From Promethearchaeota archaeon (GTDB lineage Archaea; Asgardarchaeota; Lokiarchaeia; Sigyniarchaeales; SOKP01): a stretch of DNA of 64,000 bases. How positions within the stretch are numbered: the stretch's first letter is position 1; every line of letters starts with the position of its first letter. The stretch lies in the NCBI GenBank assembly GCA_019894855.1, contig JAGXNS010000001.1, forward strand, positions 3,966 to 67,965, given 5' to 3'. A program made the translations under genes and the position numbers. The notes beneath the pieces are model-generated. The model saw only the letters and a list, made by a program, of their open reading frames with translations, searched no databases and was not told the DNA's origin. Positions 18,364 through 28,212 of the stretch are shown here, in pieces.

Positions 18364-19074
18364 CTAAACTAAAGAAATTCCTCTATCTAGGATTTCGTAT
18401 TTCAATTCGCTTGTGATCTGTTTGTTTCTCGACAGGAGTTCCATCCGTTTAGTCTTGGTGTTAAATGGTTTCGATAAACAAACATTTACGCTGTTGATCC
18501 TCGAATACAACTTGTTAAAAAACGGTTGATTCTTCCCTAATGCAGGAGAGAAAGAGACCTCGTGTATCAGAATTAGAAAGATTTCTTCCCTTAGACAACG
18601 CATAATGAGGGGAAACAGTTGCGAACTGAAAAATTCATCTAAAATCGCCTTTTTTTGCTTGAAATTGGAGCAACTAGAGGCAGCAAACCTTAAGTGATGC
18701 GAAATGTTGTCGATTACTAAAAATTTGGTGTTGAAGGGTAATATGACGCTTCCTAAGGTTGCTAAAAAGGTTGATTGATCTTCGTAACTCAAAAAGGGAG
18801 ACGTCACTGGATATAAAAAGATTTTTTTCACGAGGTTGTCGAACACGCCAGGAGAATTTTTAAAAAAAGTATGCAAACGCTTTTTAGGAAATTGCTCGCT
18901 AGCTTGAATCCAGACGCAATGATCTTCAGCACCTTCACAATTCATAGAAGACGCAACCATCTGGAGTGCTAAGGTCGTTTTGCCGGTGCTCGATTCTCCC
19001 GAAACCGAGATTATTCTTCGTTCCTTTAATAAATCAAACAATGATGAAATATTGGAAGGATCGCTTGGCTCCAT
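18364..19074 (-). CDS. RecA-superfamily ATPase, RadA paralogue (RadB/aRadC-like)
   Basis: Walker A SGESSTGKTTLALQM and Walker-B-like FLVIDNISH. At 236 aa it lacks the HhH domain. Confidence 0.7.
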   Translation of the reverse strand: MEPSDPSNISSLFDLLKERRIISVSGESSTGKTTLALQMVASSMNCEGAEDHCVWIQASEQFPKKRLHTFFKNSPGVFDNLVKKIFLYPVTSPFLSYEDQSTFLATLGSVILPFNTKFLVIDNISHHLRFAASSCSNFKQKKAILDEFFSSQLFPLIMRCLREEIFLILIHEVSFSPALGKNQPFFNKLYSRINSVNVCLSKPFNTKTKRMELLSRNKQITSELKYEILDRGISLV

Positions 19075-19080
19075 CGTGTT

Positions 19081-19434
19081 TTAATCACTGCTCAATAGGT
19101 CTAACACTTCTTTTTGAGTTTTATCAATTGCTTCATCTCGTTTTCGAGATTTTTCGGATATCACCTGAGAGGCGCTGTTGTTCCCGGTGTTGTTTGTTGT
19201 GAGCTGTTGGAGCATCATCAGAGCAATTAAATCGTCTAATCGACTATCCTCGTGTGATTGACTTCCGCTGAAAAAAGCACCGAGTAGTCCATTCCCGCTT
19301 TTTTTCGCTTTGTAAACAAAATATATTACCACACCAATTCCAATTATGACTACCGTGTAGAACGGTTCTTTCTGGTAGAACATCAGCATAGCGACTATTA
19401 TCGCAATTAAGCAAAATCCTTTCATATTTACCAT
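19081..19434 (-). CDS. small membrane protein
   Basis: Two N-terminal TM helices and a polar tail. It overlaps the upstream gene by 7 nt and ends 6 nt before the RecA-paralogue gene. Confidence 0.45.
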   Translation of the reverse strand: MVNMKGFCLIAIIVAMLMFYQKEPFYTVVIIGIGVVIYFVYKAKKSGNGLLGAFFSGSQSHEDSRLDDLIALMMLQQLTTNNTGNNSASQVISEKSRKRDEAIDKTQKEVLDLLSSD

Positions 19435-20195
19435 TGCACCTCCCTTTCGTTTGGGTCTTTTACGTGTTTAAACCTTCTTTTTCGAGTGAGAAATTTTGGA
19501 CTCGCTACCTGAACTTTTCCCATTTTTTTTGCTATCCCTTTAATGCTTTTCCCAACTATCCAAAACGCTCCTTTCAACGCAAAGTAGAAAGAAGTTAGAA
19601 TCAAAAAATATGCGATATAATAAAGCACTTCAAAGGGAAGGACGAAGATATATAAGTCTACAAACATCCAAATTAACGCTCCTGATAACACCAGTAGAAA
19701 AATCTGGTAGATTGAATAGCGAGGGTCTCTTTTGAAGGAGTAACCAACGACTTTGACATCTTGTCCGGAAGGTTCTAATCCGATGAGAAGCGATCCCGCG
19801 AAAACAAACGCTACCACTTTAACCAATAACAAGGTCTGTATGTTAAAGATTAAGTCTAAACAGAACATAAATAAGAAAGTGGACACCAACATAGGAGCAA
19901 AAGCAACCACAAAGATTTGCAACACGGAATTTCTCTCCGATTCGGGGTTCTCGATCGATCCATGAGGGGCTACTTCTCCTCCGATTTCGCTCCGGAATTT
20001 CACCCGGAACTTGCCTGGCTTGACACCTAATAAAATCGCCATGGTATAATGCGCTGTTTCGTGAATAAATACTCCGACGAAGGCTATGACGTTAAATACC
20101 GCTTTATATCCGGGAGTATGGGCATAGCGGTAGAATACTTGGGCTATCATCGAACACCCTAGCATAACGAAAAGCCAAAAATACAATTCAATCAT
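19428..20195 (-). CDS. polytopic membrane protein with HExxH motif (putative zinc metalloprotease, DUF3267-like)
   Basis: FIHETAHYTMAILLG lies in the second hydrophobic segment, with five or six TM helices overall. Confidence 0.5.
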   Translation of the reverse strand: MIELYFWLFVMLGCSMIAQVFYRYAHTPGYKAVFNVIAFVGVFIHETAHYTMAILLGVKPGKFRVKFRSEIGGEVAPHGSIENPESERNSVLQIFVVAFAPMLVSTFLFMFCLDLIFNIQTLLLVKVVAFVFAGSLLIGLEPSGQDVKVVGYSFKRDPRYSIYQIFLLVLSGALIWMFVDLYIFVLPFEVLYYIAYFLILTSFYFALKGAFWIVGKSIKGIAKKMGKVQVASPKFLTRKRRFKHVKDPNEREVQW

Positions 20196-20866
20196 GATTA
20201 TATCTTTGCTATTACAGGAATGTATTTAAAAGAAAAATTTAATGTCAAAAAAAATGCTAATTTAACTCTTTCTTTGATCTCCTCAATAAACTAATCATTA
20301 TTTTTAAGCGGTGTTTAAAAAGAAATTTATGGATAAGATAAATGTAAGAATAAAAGTGAGTTTCAATAATGAACTTTCAACGGGAGACTTAAGAAAAGTC
20401 GAAGATAATTAATCTGACTTCAAGTATTTACGAAAATTATCTTTATTTCAATTGAGTCTTAAATCTATTATTATTATTAATATATTCAGATTGAAAGTGA
20501 AATGAAGACAGATATTAAATCAAAATCTCCATTAAAAATCTCTTCATATTCCCAATTTAGGCTGTAACCCCTACGCCTGCGATTCAAAAATTCTCCTCGT
20601 TCGGAATAAAATTGCAAAATTGTGATTTTGATGAAAAAACATATACATAATCTTCTTTTTATAGAATGTTATCACACTAATTCATGAATATTTTAAAGTT
20701 TATTCAACCATTCTGCTTCAATTTTCGCTAACCATTTGATTATATCCCATATTTTTAGAGATTTTTCATAAAACCATATCTTCAAATACCAAACTGGTGA
20801 TCTTAATTCTTTGTAATTAAAAGTAATCGATATTTTTCAAAAAAATTATAAAAAAGTTGGAAAAAA

Positions 20867-22138
20867 ATGGCAACAACAAAAAATATTGATAAATCAAAAT
20901 CAAAGATTCCTATATTTGATCCATTTTACCAGTGTGATATATGTGGATCACAGGATATTGTGGAAACCCAAGAAGGATTTACTTGCCGAGAGTGTGGGAT
21001 AGTATTAGAGGCACAAAAGTTAGAATATCATAGACCTTACGACGCTGATGTGGTTCAACATGCGGTATTAAATAAAACTCAGATGGGTTTTAAATCCGAA
21101 AGGCGCAAATCACAATATTCTGCCAAGTTAGAAGGGCTTAGTCGGATTGACGCATCGCGTTCAACTGAGGAAAATGTCCTAATCGCAGCCAAGGTAGAGA
21201 TTAAAAGGATATTAACCGCTTTGGGTTTCTCACTTAAAGATTTTGATGTGATTTTATGTAAATTTAAAGAGAATCGCGCTCAATTAGGTAAGGGCACTAA
21301 ATACAGGAGTGCTGAAATGTTGGTTCCTTGTGTGATCTATGCTTACTACAAAGAAAATAACAAGCCCATTCGCGAAAAGGACCTTTTAGAGGTCTCAAAA
21401 ATTTCAAAGAAAGACTTTAACGCGTTTAAATTTTCGATTATTCGCATCTGGCCAGAATACCAAGAGCGGGATCGCAAGCAATACATAATCGAACGAATTT
21501 TAGAAGTGAGCGAACACTTTAAATTAGGCATGCCATTTTACTACCAATCACGACGCATACTAAACAGGTTTTATGATTCTATTAAAAACACAAAAGACGA
21601 TGTTATCGTTGGTTTAGTGACTTCTATTACTCTCCTCTGCTCCCAAAAAAAAGAAGTGAGCGTATGTGCAATTTGTGACCGATTAGGGATAAAGATGTCA
21701 ACGATTCATAGGCAAGTAGAGAGGAGAGTCATTCAAAGATTTAACGTTCCTGGATTTAAAACCCTTGTAAAATCGGCGAAATTGTTAAGAAAAGTTATGC
21801 AAAAATTAGGTGTGCTCGATCAGGGTTTTGTAGATCCAATTGAAGTTTCGAAAACTACGCTTGAAAATGACGATATAGTTCAAGTAGTACTGGGAAACGC
21901 GAGTCAAGTTTTTAACTCCCTAAATGGGAGTGAGGAGCATTTTCTTTTTGTAAAAGAAGCAAGCGGGTATTTACTTGCATCCATTACTGATAATCTAAAT
22001 AATCTTAACACTAATCACAACCTCAACTTTAAGGAATATAATGGTTCAGATAAAAACGAGAGATATAACGATCAGGAGCCGGTAAAAGTAGAACTATGGA
22101 AATTTTACAACCCGAAAGGGCCACCCGTGCTTTGTTGA
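20867..22138 (+). CDS. tfb: transcription initiation factor B (TFIIB homologue) with a long C-terminal extension
   Basis: N-terminal ribbon CDICGS-x13-CRECG, then cyclin-fold-like repeats. At 423 aa it is about 100 aa longer than typical TFB. Confidence 0.75.
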   Translation: MATTKNIDKSKSKIPIFDPFYQCDICGSQDIVETQEGFTCRECGIVLEAQKLEYHRPYDADVVQHAVLNKTQMGFKSERRKSQYSAKLEGLSRIDASRSTEENVLIAAKVEIKRILTALGFSLKDFDVILCKFKENRAQLGKGTKYRSAEMLVPCVIYAYYKENNKPIREKDLLEVSKISKKDFNAFKFSIIRIWPEYQERDRKQYIIERILEVSEHFKLGMPFYYQSRRILNRFYDSIKNTKDDVIVGLVTSITLLCSQKKEVSVCAICDRLGIKMSTIHRQVERRVIQRFNVPGFKTLVKSAKLLRKVMQKLGVLDQGFVDPIEVSKTTLENDDIVQVVLGNASQVFNSLNGSEEHFLFVKEASGYLLASITDNLNNLNTNHNLNFKEYNGSDKNERYNDQEPVKVELWKFYNPKGPPVLC

Positions 22139-22363
22139 CGATGAGTTTTGACTGATTGTATATTTTCTTAAATTTTTTTTCTCTTTTTCTATGATTTGCG
22201 ATAATAATCCATTATCCTTTACTTTTCTTTTTTCATTGGACATAAATACAAAGGTAACTTTGGAAAATATTAATGATTTTTTAGCTAAATTTATGCTTTT
22301 TTCTTTATAAACACTCGGTATATGGGGAATACAAAGCTTATAATGCACTTTGCGTGAAGAATC

Positions 22364-25327
22364 ATGAAATGGAAAAACCCCCGAGTTTTAGTTAGTGTTG
22401 TTTTAATTGTAGTTTTAGTTTATTTATCTGCAATAAGTATAAAATCTGTTGCATATTCTAATGAAGGACAAAACGAGAATTTCGACCTGTTGGGAACCTC
22501 TGATATCTCGAACTTAGAGATTTTGCAGTCAGTTTTTGAAGCAAAGAACGCTGATTACAATACTTACGGCTATTACCCTCAGATTTACTCTGATTCTCTT
22601 CAGGCGACTTATTACGCGCTATACATCTTAGAGGCTATAGGGAAATTGGGCGATATTGACCAACAAGCGGTAACTGACTACATTTTGTCTTTTTACAACT
22701 CCAGTTCCCATATTTTCTCGGACGAAAACGCTCAAAGATACTTCGCTTCAAAAATTCCGGGGAGATATTATCCTTTGTCAACGCTTTTACAAGTTAATTG
22801 CTACGCGGTGCTTTCACTGGAAATCTTGAATAGCATCAATTTAATAAACATTGTTGATATGATAACCTTTATTTGGGATTGTTATCACCCTAACCTTCAC
22901 GGATTTATAGGTCAACCTTATGATAACTCTTTAGAAGAAGGATTTAAAATTCCTACTGCAGACAATACTTATTTCGGAGTCATTACTTTAGATACTTTAG
23001 GTGTTGACTGGAACTCACATGCTCTGGAACGAGATGATATTGTATCCTACATTGACAGCCTGCAATCTTTGAGTTCATCTACTGGCTTTTACAACGATAA
23101 CGAGGGCATGTTCGACTCCTTAAAGGAGCCAGAACCTAACCAATTTGCTTCTTATTATTGCGTTAAAACGTTAGAGACCTTTGGAAGTAGTTATGTAGAT
23201 GTAATAGATAAAAACAAATTTTATCAACACCTAACAGCGCTTTATCATCCTCAAGAAGGATATTTTGACCTCTCGGATAGCGCAATGATCAACTATTCCA
23301 ACGTGGTAGCAACTGCTATGAGCTTAGAACTGGCAGATATAACCGAGTTTGTTAATTTTGAGAAAAACGATGTTTTAACCTTTATATTTAAGAATCGAAA
23401 CCATCGTGGGGGGTGGGTAGGTTCCAGTTCAATCTCCTTTCAGGAATTGCTTGACACATTCCAAATAATAAGGTCGCTTTCGAACACGGGAGATATTGCA
23501 GTTTTAACTTTAAGCGATAGAGACGAAATTTCTTCGTTCATATCTCTATTTGTTCAAGAACATGGATATTCCTTACTTTCAGACGATTATGCGTCTGTAG
23601 ACTTAATATATACTATTGTTTCGTCATTCGATCATTTTGATAAAATCGGCGAACTCGATATTCAAGAGGTATATGATCTTTTGTGTGGAACTGTTGTAGA
23701 TTACGGTACGAAGTACAATATCTTTTCTTGCACCGGTTTAGATTTAAGTTTGGTAAAGTTTCGTTCCAAGCCTTTCGATTATTTTACTACCGGATACCAC
23801 GATTATGTTGAAGACATTAACTCCCTCGTCTCCCACGAAACAACGTTTAAAATACTCAATACCTTAGATAAGATATTCAAATTAAACGATTTTGCCTCGA
23901 TTATTGACCTAAATCGGGTATTGCAGGATGTAATTAATTCCCAATTCCTTGATCCGTCCTATACCGATAATTTTGGGGCTTTTTTGGTCCAGAATATATT
24001 GTCATCTTCCGAGTGGAAAAACGATCTGGTCTACCTGAAGTATTCTTACTACGCTATACAGACGATGGAAACTATTAGCCAATATTTAGGATTAGGGGAC
24101 ATCACGAGTCAGTATTTCGCTGATTTGGGATTCGACAAATCCGCGCTTGGAACATACATTACGAGAAACATAGTTGAAACTCCAATCGAGGTATTCTTTG
24201 ATGCTAAATACTCAGATAACGTAGAGTTAGCATTAGAGAATTTGTATTACACGATACACATTTTAAACGCTATTGATCAATTCAGTTTGGATATAACTAA
24301 AATTAGTAATTTCGTAGTAAACCACCTTAACTATTCGAACATAGAAAATCTTTATTATTCCTACAAAATTTCGGAATATTTGGATTTGAATATTAATTTC
24401 AATGTTGAGCAAACCCATTTGCTTGTTCAAAATATATACTCTGAAACATACAATGAATTTTACACGACCGTTGAGAGAAAAGAGCTGGATCACGATGTGT
24501 TCTTGTGGTTGTGTGAAATCGCAAAAACTGACGATGTAAGATTGAGCGTTTCTTATTATGATACTATCGGATTAGGAAGTAACAACTTGTTTACGGTCGA
24601 ATTGGTAAACCTCATCCTATCGGATTTTGGACAATATACTACGGTTAAACTCGAGTCGGTACATTTAGGAACTATCGTATTGGATCAATTGGGGAACTAT
24701 ACCTATCAAAAGGAAGTATATGTGCCTATTGATACAGCTAATTTTCCGATTGTGGAAGGAGAGTTATGCGTATACGACGGCGCTATAAAAAAGGGAAGCG
24801 TTCCTTTCTCTTTTACCACCGAATTTAATTCTCAGTTTACATATTCAATAGTAAAGACCGAATCTCGGATTGAAGTTAACATCTATGCAAACCACGAGTT
24901 TATTTCTGGAGACGAACCGATCTTCGGTGGCTTGATGTACGCCAATGTGTATCGAAGCGGTAATCAAGTTGATATTATGGACCTGATTACTTCTCACAAC
25001 TTAGATAGCTCGACATTTACCTTCGATTATTCACCAATTTATTTCGGAAACTATTCGTTTGAATTCTACCTTAACGATCCTTATCACTCCGATCCCCAGT
25101 TAATCTGTTACGCTACATTTGACTACGAAGATCCTAACACTAATCCTGATCCCGACCCAAATCCTGATCCTGACCCCGATGACGATCCTAATAACCTATA
25201 CCAAGGAGACGCTGCCGTGACCATTCCTTTAGCGCTGGGGATGGTAGGCGCCGCTACGATACCCTTATTTGGTACTTATAAAGCGGTTCGTTCGAAAAAA
25301 TTCAAAAATAAGCAACTATCAAAATAG
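22364..25327 (+). CDS. large surface protein with repeated alpha/alpha-toroid (prenyltransferase/terpene-cyclase-like) motifs
   Basis: N-terminal anchor VLVSVVLIVVLVYLSAISI. Ten or more repeats of the type QATYYALYILEAIGKL / ASYYCVKTLETFG / YSYYAIQTMETI. Asp/Pro/Asn linker, C-terminal TM and basic tail. Confidence 0.55.
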   Translation: MKWKNPRVLVSVVLIVVLVYLSAISIKSVAYSNEGQNENFDLLGTSDISNLEILQSVFEAKNADYNTYGYYPQIYSDSLQATYYALYILEAIGKLGDIDQQAVTDYILSFYNSSSHIFSDENAQRYFASKIPGRYYPLSTLLQVNCYAVLSLEILNSINLINIVDMITFIWDCYHPNLHGFIGQPYDNSLEEGFKIPTADNTYFGVITLDTLGVDWNSHALERDDIVSYIDSLQSLSSSTGFYNDNEGMFDSLKEPEPNQFASYYCVKTLETFGSSYVDVIDKNKFYQHLTALYHPQEGYFDLSDSAMINYSNVVATAMSLELADITEFVNFEKNDVLTFIFKNRNHRGGWVGSSSISFQELLDTFQIIRSLSNTGDIAVLTLSDRDEISSFISLFVQEHGYSLLSDDYASVDLIYTIVSSFDHFDKIGELDIQEVYDLLCGTVVDYGTKYNIFSCTGLDLSLVKFRSKPFDYFTTGYHDYVEDINSLVSHETTFKILNTLDKIFKLNDFASIIDLNRVLQDVINSQFLDPSYTDNFGAFLVQNILSSSEWKNDLVYLKYSYYAIQTMETISQYLGLGDITSQYFADLGFDKSALGTYITRNIVETPIEVFFDAKYSDNVELALENLYYTIHILNAIDQFSLDITKISNFVVNHLNYSNIENLYYSYKISEYLDLNINFNVEQTHLLVQNIYSETYNEFYTTVERKELDHDVFLWLCEIAKTDDVRLSVSYYDTIGLGSNNLFTVELVNLILSDFGQYTTVKLESVHLGTIVLDQLGNYTYQKEVYVPIDTANFPIVEGELCVYDGAIKKGSVPFSFTTEFNSQFTYSIVKTESRIEVNIYANHEFISGDEPIFGGLMYANVYRSGNQVDIMDLITSHNLDSSTFTFDYSPIYFGNYSFEFYLNDPYHSDPQLICYATFDYEDPNTNPDPDPNPDPDPDDDPNNLYQGDAAVTIPLALGMVGAATIPLFGTYKAVRSKKFKNKQLSK
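25135..25195 (+). repeat. in-frame low-complexity Pro-Asp/Asn coding repeat
   Basis: It encodes NTNPDPDPNPDPDPDDDPNN through reiterated CCT/CCC-GAT/GAC/AAT codons. It is a stalk-like linker before the C-terminal anchor. Confidence 0.8.
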
Positions 25328-25334
25328 TAAATAA

Positions 25335-25373
25335 TTTTTTTCTCTTATTTTTTTCTCAAATTTTTTCTTTTTA
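25335..25373 (+). terminator. T-rich tract after the stop codon
   Basis: TTTTTTTCTCTTATTTTTTTCTCAAATTTTTTCTTTTTA follows TAG 25325-25327. Confidence 0.3.
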
Positions 25374-25397
25374 TTACTATGATAAATATAAGCTGTA

Positions 25398-25973
25398 ATG
25401 GCACAAAGCGTTAAAATTAAGCAATTACATCAAATCATTTCAGCGTTGGAGAGGTTCCAAACGCGAAAAAGCAGTCTCTTTAGACTCGATAAGTTAGCTT
25501 ATTACCTCAACTTGTCCGAACGAGATTTAGAAGAGGTGTTAGAGCTTGTATTTCGGTTTCAGAACCTTTTTAAATCAGTGATTTCTGACTTTATTTTGTG
25601 TAAGAAGTGGAGAAATGATAAATACTATTTAATTCTAAAACGAAAATCGGATGTTACTTGTCAAAATTTGTCTGACGTGAAGGAAGTAGAGATCAACCAA
25701 ACCCAAGTGAACTTATTGAGCGATGTCATATATTATTTCCAACACGTAAAGATTGGGAAGGGTTTCAACATTAATACAAACAAAACGGAACTTTCTAAGA
25801 AAGTAAAACAGCTTAACCGTTCGCACCCCTACTTTTTCGAACATAGAGGAAATGGTTTGATATATCCTTCGAAATTAGCAGTTGAGGCTGGAAAGCTCAT
25901 CCAGTCCTACAATCGGAGTAAAAAAACTATATCTAAATTACAAATTGAGGACTTTATCATCCAAATAGTGTAG
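25398..25973 (+). CDS. hypothetical protein upstream of the Hef-like helicase
   Basis: 191-aa ORF, 13 nt before the helicase gene. The N-terminal LAYYLNLSERDLEEVLELV could be a helix-turn-helix. Confidence 0.45.
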   Translation: MAQSVKIKQLHQIISALERFQTRKSSLFRLDKLAYYLNLSERDLEEVLELVFRFQNLFKSVISDFILCKKWRNDKYYLILKRKSDVTCQNLSDVKEVEINQTQVNLLSDVIYYFQHVKIGKGFNINTNKTELSKKVKQLNRSHPYFFEHRGNGLIYPSKLAVEAGKLIQSYNRSKKTISKLQIEDFIIQIV

Positions 25974-25986
25974 AGGGGACCGAGAT

Positions 25987-28209
25987 GTGATCGAAAGCGA
26001 GAGAGAAGGTAGAACGATAATTAATAATATTTACTTGAAAGAAAAATCAATCGAGAAAAGAGAATACCAATTAAAAATCGCTAGAGCTTGTGCTTCAAAA
26101 AATTCGCTAGTCGTCCTCCCTACAGGTCTGGGAAAAACGATAATTGGGGTCTTCGTGGCAGCGCTCACCCTAGAAAAATTCCCAGAGAAAAGCAAAATTA
26201 TCGTGTTAGCGCCAACAAGACCGTTAATAAACCAGCATTATGAATCGTTTGTAAATTTAATGTCTATTCCGAAAAAAAAGTTCGTTATGTTGACGGGAAA
26301 AACACCTGCAGATAGTAGAGTGGAGCTTTTCGAAACACACCAAATAATATTTTACACGCCTCAAACTTTAAGAAACGACTTAGTAAACTTAAAATACTCT
26401 TTAGAACGCACTTGTCTAGTAATATTTGATGAAGCCCATCATGCTAGTGGCGATTACGCTTATACTTTAATCGCAGATAAATTTGTCGAACAAAATCCCG
26501 ATGGTATAATTTTAGGTTTGACGGCTAGTCCAGGGGCTTCCAGAGAAAAAATTAGAATTCTTTGCGAAAACTTGCACGTTCCGTTAGAGAACATTCACAC
26601 TCGCACTCGAAAGGACGCAGACGTGAAAACTTACTTAAAACCAATGGATGTCTACAAGATTGGCGTTAATTTGACAGAATTAATGGCTGATGCTTATTAT
26701 GCGGTCCAAATTCTTTTAGAGGAGCGCTTACAATATCTTTCCCAGCTCAACTTCATAAACTCGAAGTCAGATAAGTTGCATACTAAAATCATTCGAAAAG
26801 ATTTATTAAAGCTAAACAGTGAACTAACTAGAATAATCAATGGCGACGGAGACAAAACGGGAGCCTACAGTGCGCTTTCCGTGAATGCTCAAGGATTAAT
26901 TTTGTTTCACATGCTTGAGTTAATTGAACAACAAGGGTTAGATGTGCTTTTGATTTACTTAACCAAAATGAAAACCAAGGCTCGCAAGAAAAACAGCTCT
27001 AAAGCATTAAAAATTCTGACGAGAGATCACAGGCTTAACCAGATATTTATCGAACTGAAAAAGAACGAAGATTATTCTCCTAAGAAGCTCATCCATCCTA
27101 AATATTACTCGCTCGAATCTTTATTGATTCAAGAGTTTGAAAATAATCCGGGTTCTCGCGTGTTGGTGTTTGTAAAGTTGCGCGATTCTGTTAAAAATAT
27201 TGTAGATAAACTAAAAACAAACAAATATAGCGCAATTAAACCATCTCGGTTCGTGGGACAAGCAACAAAATCTCAAGACGACAAGGGATTATCACAAAAA
27301 CAACAGTTAGAAATTTTAGAGCAATTTAAACGAGGTCATTACAATGTGCTAGTCAGCACTAATGTGGGAGAAGAAGGTCTGGACATTGCTGAGTGCGACT
27401 TGGTGGTGTTTTACGACGTGGTAGCTTCGGAGATACGGTTTATCCAAAGAAAAGGGAGGACTGCCCGCCATCGAGAAGGAAAGGTAATTATCCTTTATTG
27501 TAAAGGCACCCACGACGAAATTTATATGCACATCGCCTTGACCAAGCTCAAAAAAATGAACGTAAACCTGAAAGGCGAAAAACAACTCCAAACTGTCTAT
27601 TCAAATTCTTCCCATCAAATTCCAGAGAGAACCGTAATTCAAGAACTTCAAAATAATAATATGGAACATTCTATAGCAATACCCCAAACTAGTAAGATAT
27701 TATCAAAACAATCAGTCAGACCTATCAAAAAAATCAATAAAAAAGAAATACAATCAAGCTTGAGTTCCTTCTCTCAAGACCGAGAAATTAAACACGAACC
27801 GGTAAAACCTCAACCAGAGATAAAAATCAACGTTTCGTTTCCTGTTAAATTTGGTTTACGAAAAAAGTTTCAGAAGGATGGGATATCGTTTGAAATCGGA
27901 AAATCTATACTCGATTTAACCCTATTTGATAAAGTGTTAATCCAGGTAATTAACCCCAGAAAATTCGACGGAGATTCGCTTCTTAAAAAATACGCACTGT
28001 TGAGCAAGAAGTATAAACTTATCGTATCAATATTCGACTTCGTAGATATTGAAGAAGAGTTCGAAAACGAAGAGAAACTGCTCAAACAAAAATTCACAGA
28101 TTGGGGTAAAGACCACAAACTCCAAGCTATAGCCATCGATCTTTCGGAAGAATTATATTTTATTCTAAAAAATATTTATCTACACGTAAAAAACGAAGGT
28201 GTCCTGTAA
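25987..28209 (+). CDS. hef: Hef/FANCM-like SF2 helicase with a degenerate ERCC4-like C-terminal domain
   Basis: REYQ, LPTGLGKT (I), DEAHHA (II), TASPG (III) and QRKGRTAR (VI). GTG start at 25987 is preceded by GAGGGG. The C-terminal about 150 aa lacks the GDx(n)ERKxxxD nuclease residues. Confidence 0.8.
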   Translation: MIESEREGRTIINNIYLKEKSIEKREYQLKIARACASKNSLVVLPTGLGKTIIGVFVAALTLEKFPEKSKIIVLAPTRPLINQHYESFVNLMSIPKKKFVMLTGKTPADSRVELFETHQIIFYTPQTLRNDLVNLKYSLERTCLVIFDEAHHASGDYAYTLIADKFVEQNPDGIILGLTASPGASREKIRILCENLHVPLENIHTRTRKDADVKTYLKPMDVYKIGVNLTELMADAYYAVQILLEERLQYLSQLNFINSKSDKLHTKIIRKDLLKLNSELTRIINGDGDKTGAYSALSVNAQGLILFHMLELIEQQGLDVLLIYLTKMKTKARKKNSSKALKILTRDHRLNQIFIELKKNEDYSPKKLIHPKYYSLESLLIQEFENNPGSRVLVFVKLRDSVKNIVDKLKTNKYSAIKPSRFVGQATKSQDDKGLSQKQQLEILEQFKRGHYNVLVSTNVGEEGLDIAECDLVVFYDVVASEIRFIQRKGRTARHREGKVIILYCKGTHDEIYMHIALTKLKKMNVNLKGEKQLQTVYSNSSHQIPERTVIQELQNNNMEHSIAIPQTSKILSKQSVRPIKKINKKEIQSSLSSFSQDREIKHEPVKPQPEIKINVSFPVKFGLRKKFQKDGISFEIGKSILDLTLFDKVLIQVINPRKFDGDSLLKKYALLSKKYKLIVSIFDFVDIEEEFENEEKLLKQKFTDWGKDHKLQAIAIDLSEELYFILKNIYLHVKNEGVL

Positions 28210-28212
28210 TTA

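Noticed and set aside
15277-18453. Interpreting the repeat-bounded cassette as an integrated virus, plasmid or transposon.
   Set aside because: There is no integrase, transposase, replication or capsid gene and there are no terminal inverted repeats. Only the direct repeats support mobility, so I report it as a repeat-bounded insertion of unknown mechanism.
20196-20866. TATA/BRE-like A/T-rich elements upstream of tfb and other genes, considered as promoters.
   Set aside because: TATA-like strings are ubiquitous in DNA this AT-rich. Without transcript 5' ends I cannot single out a genuine promoter.
22094-22348. 84-aa minus-strand ORF overlapping the TFB stop and the intergenic region.
   Set aside because: It overlaps the 3' end of a well-supported gene, has lysine-rich low-complexity content, and has no ribosome-binding site that I could see.
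25135-25195. Short tandem CCTGAT/CCCGAC-type repeats, considered as a CRISPR or satellite.
   Set aside because: They are in frame within a long ORF and encode a Pro-Asp/Asn linker, with no spacer-repeat periodicity.
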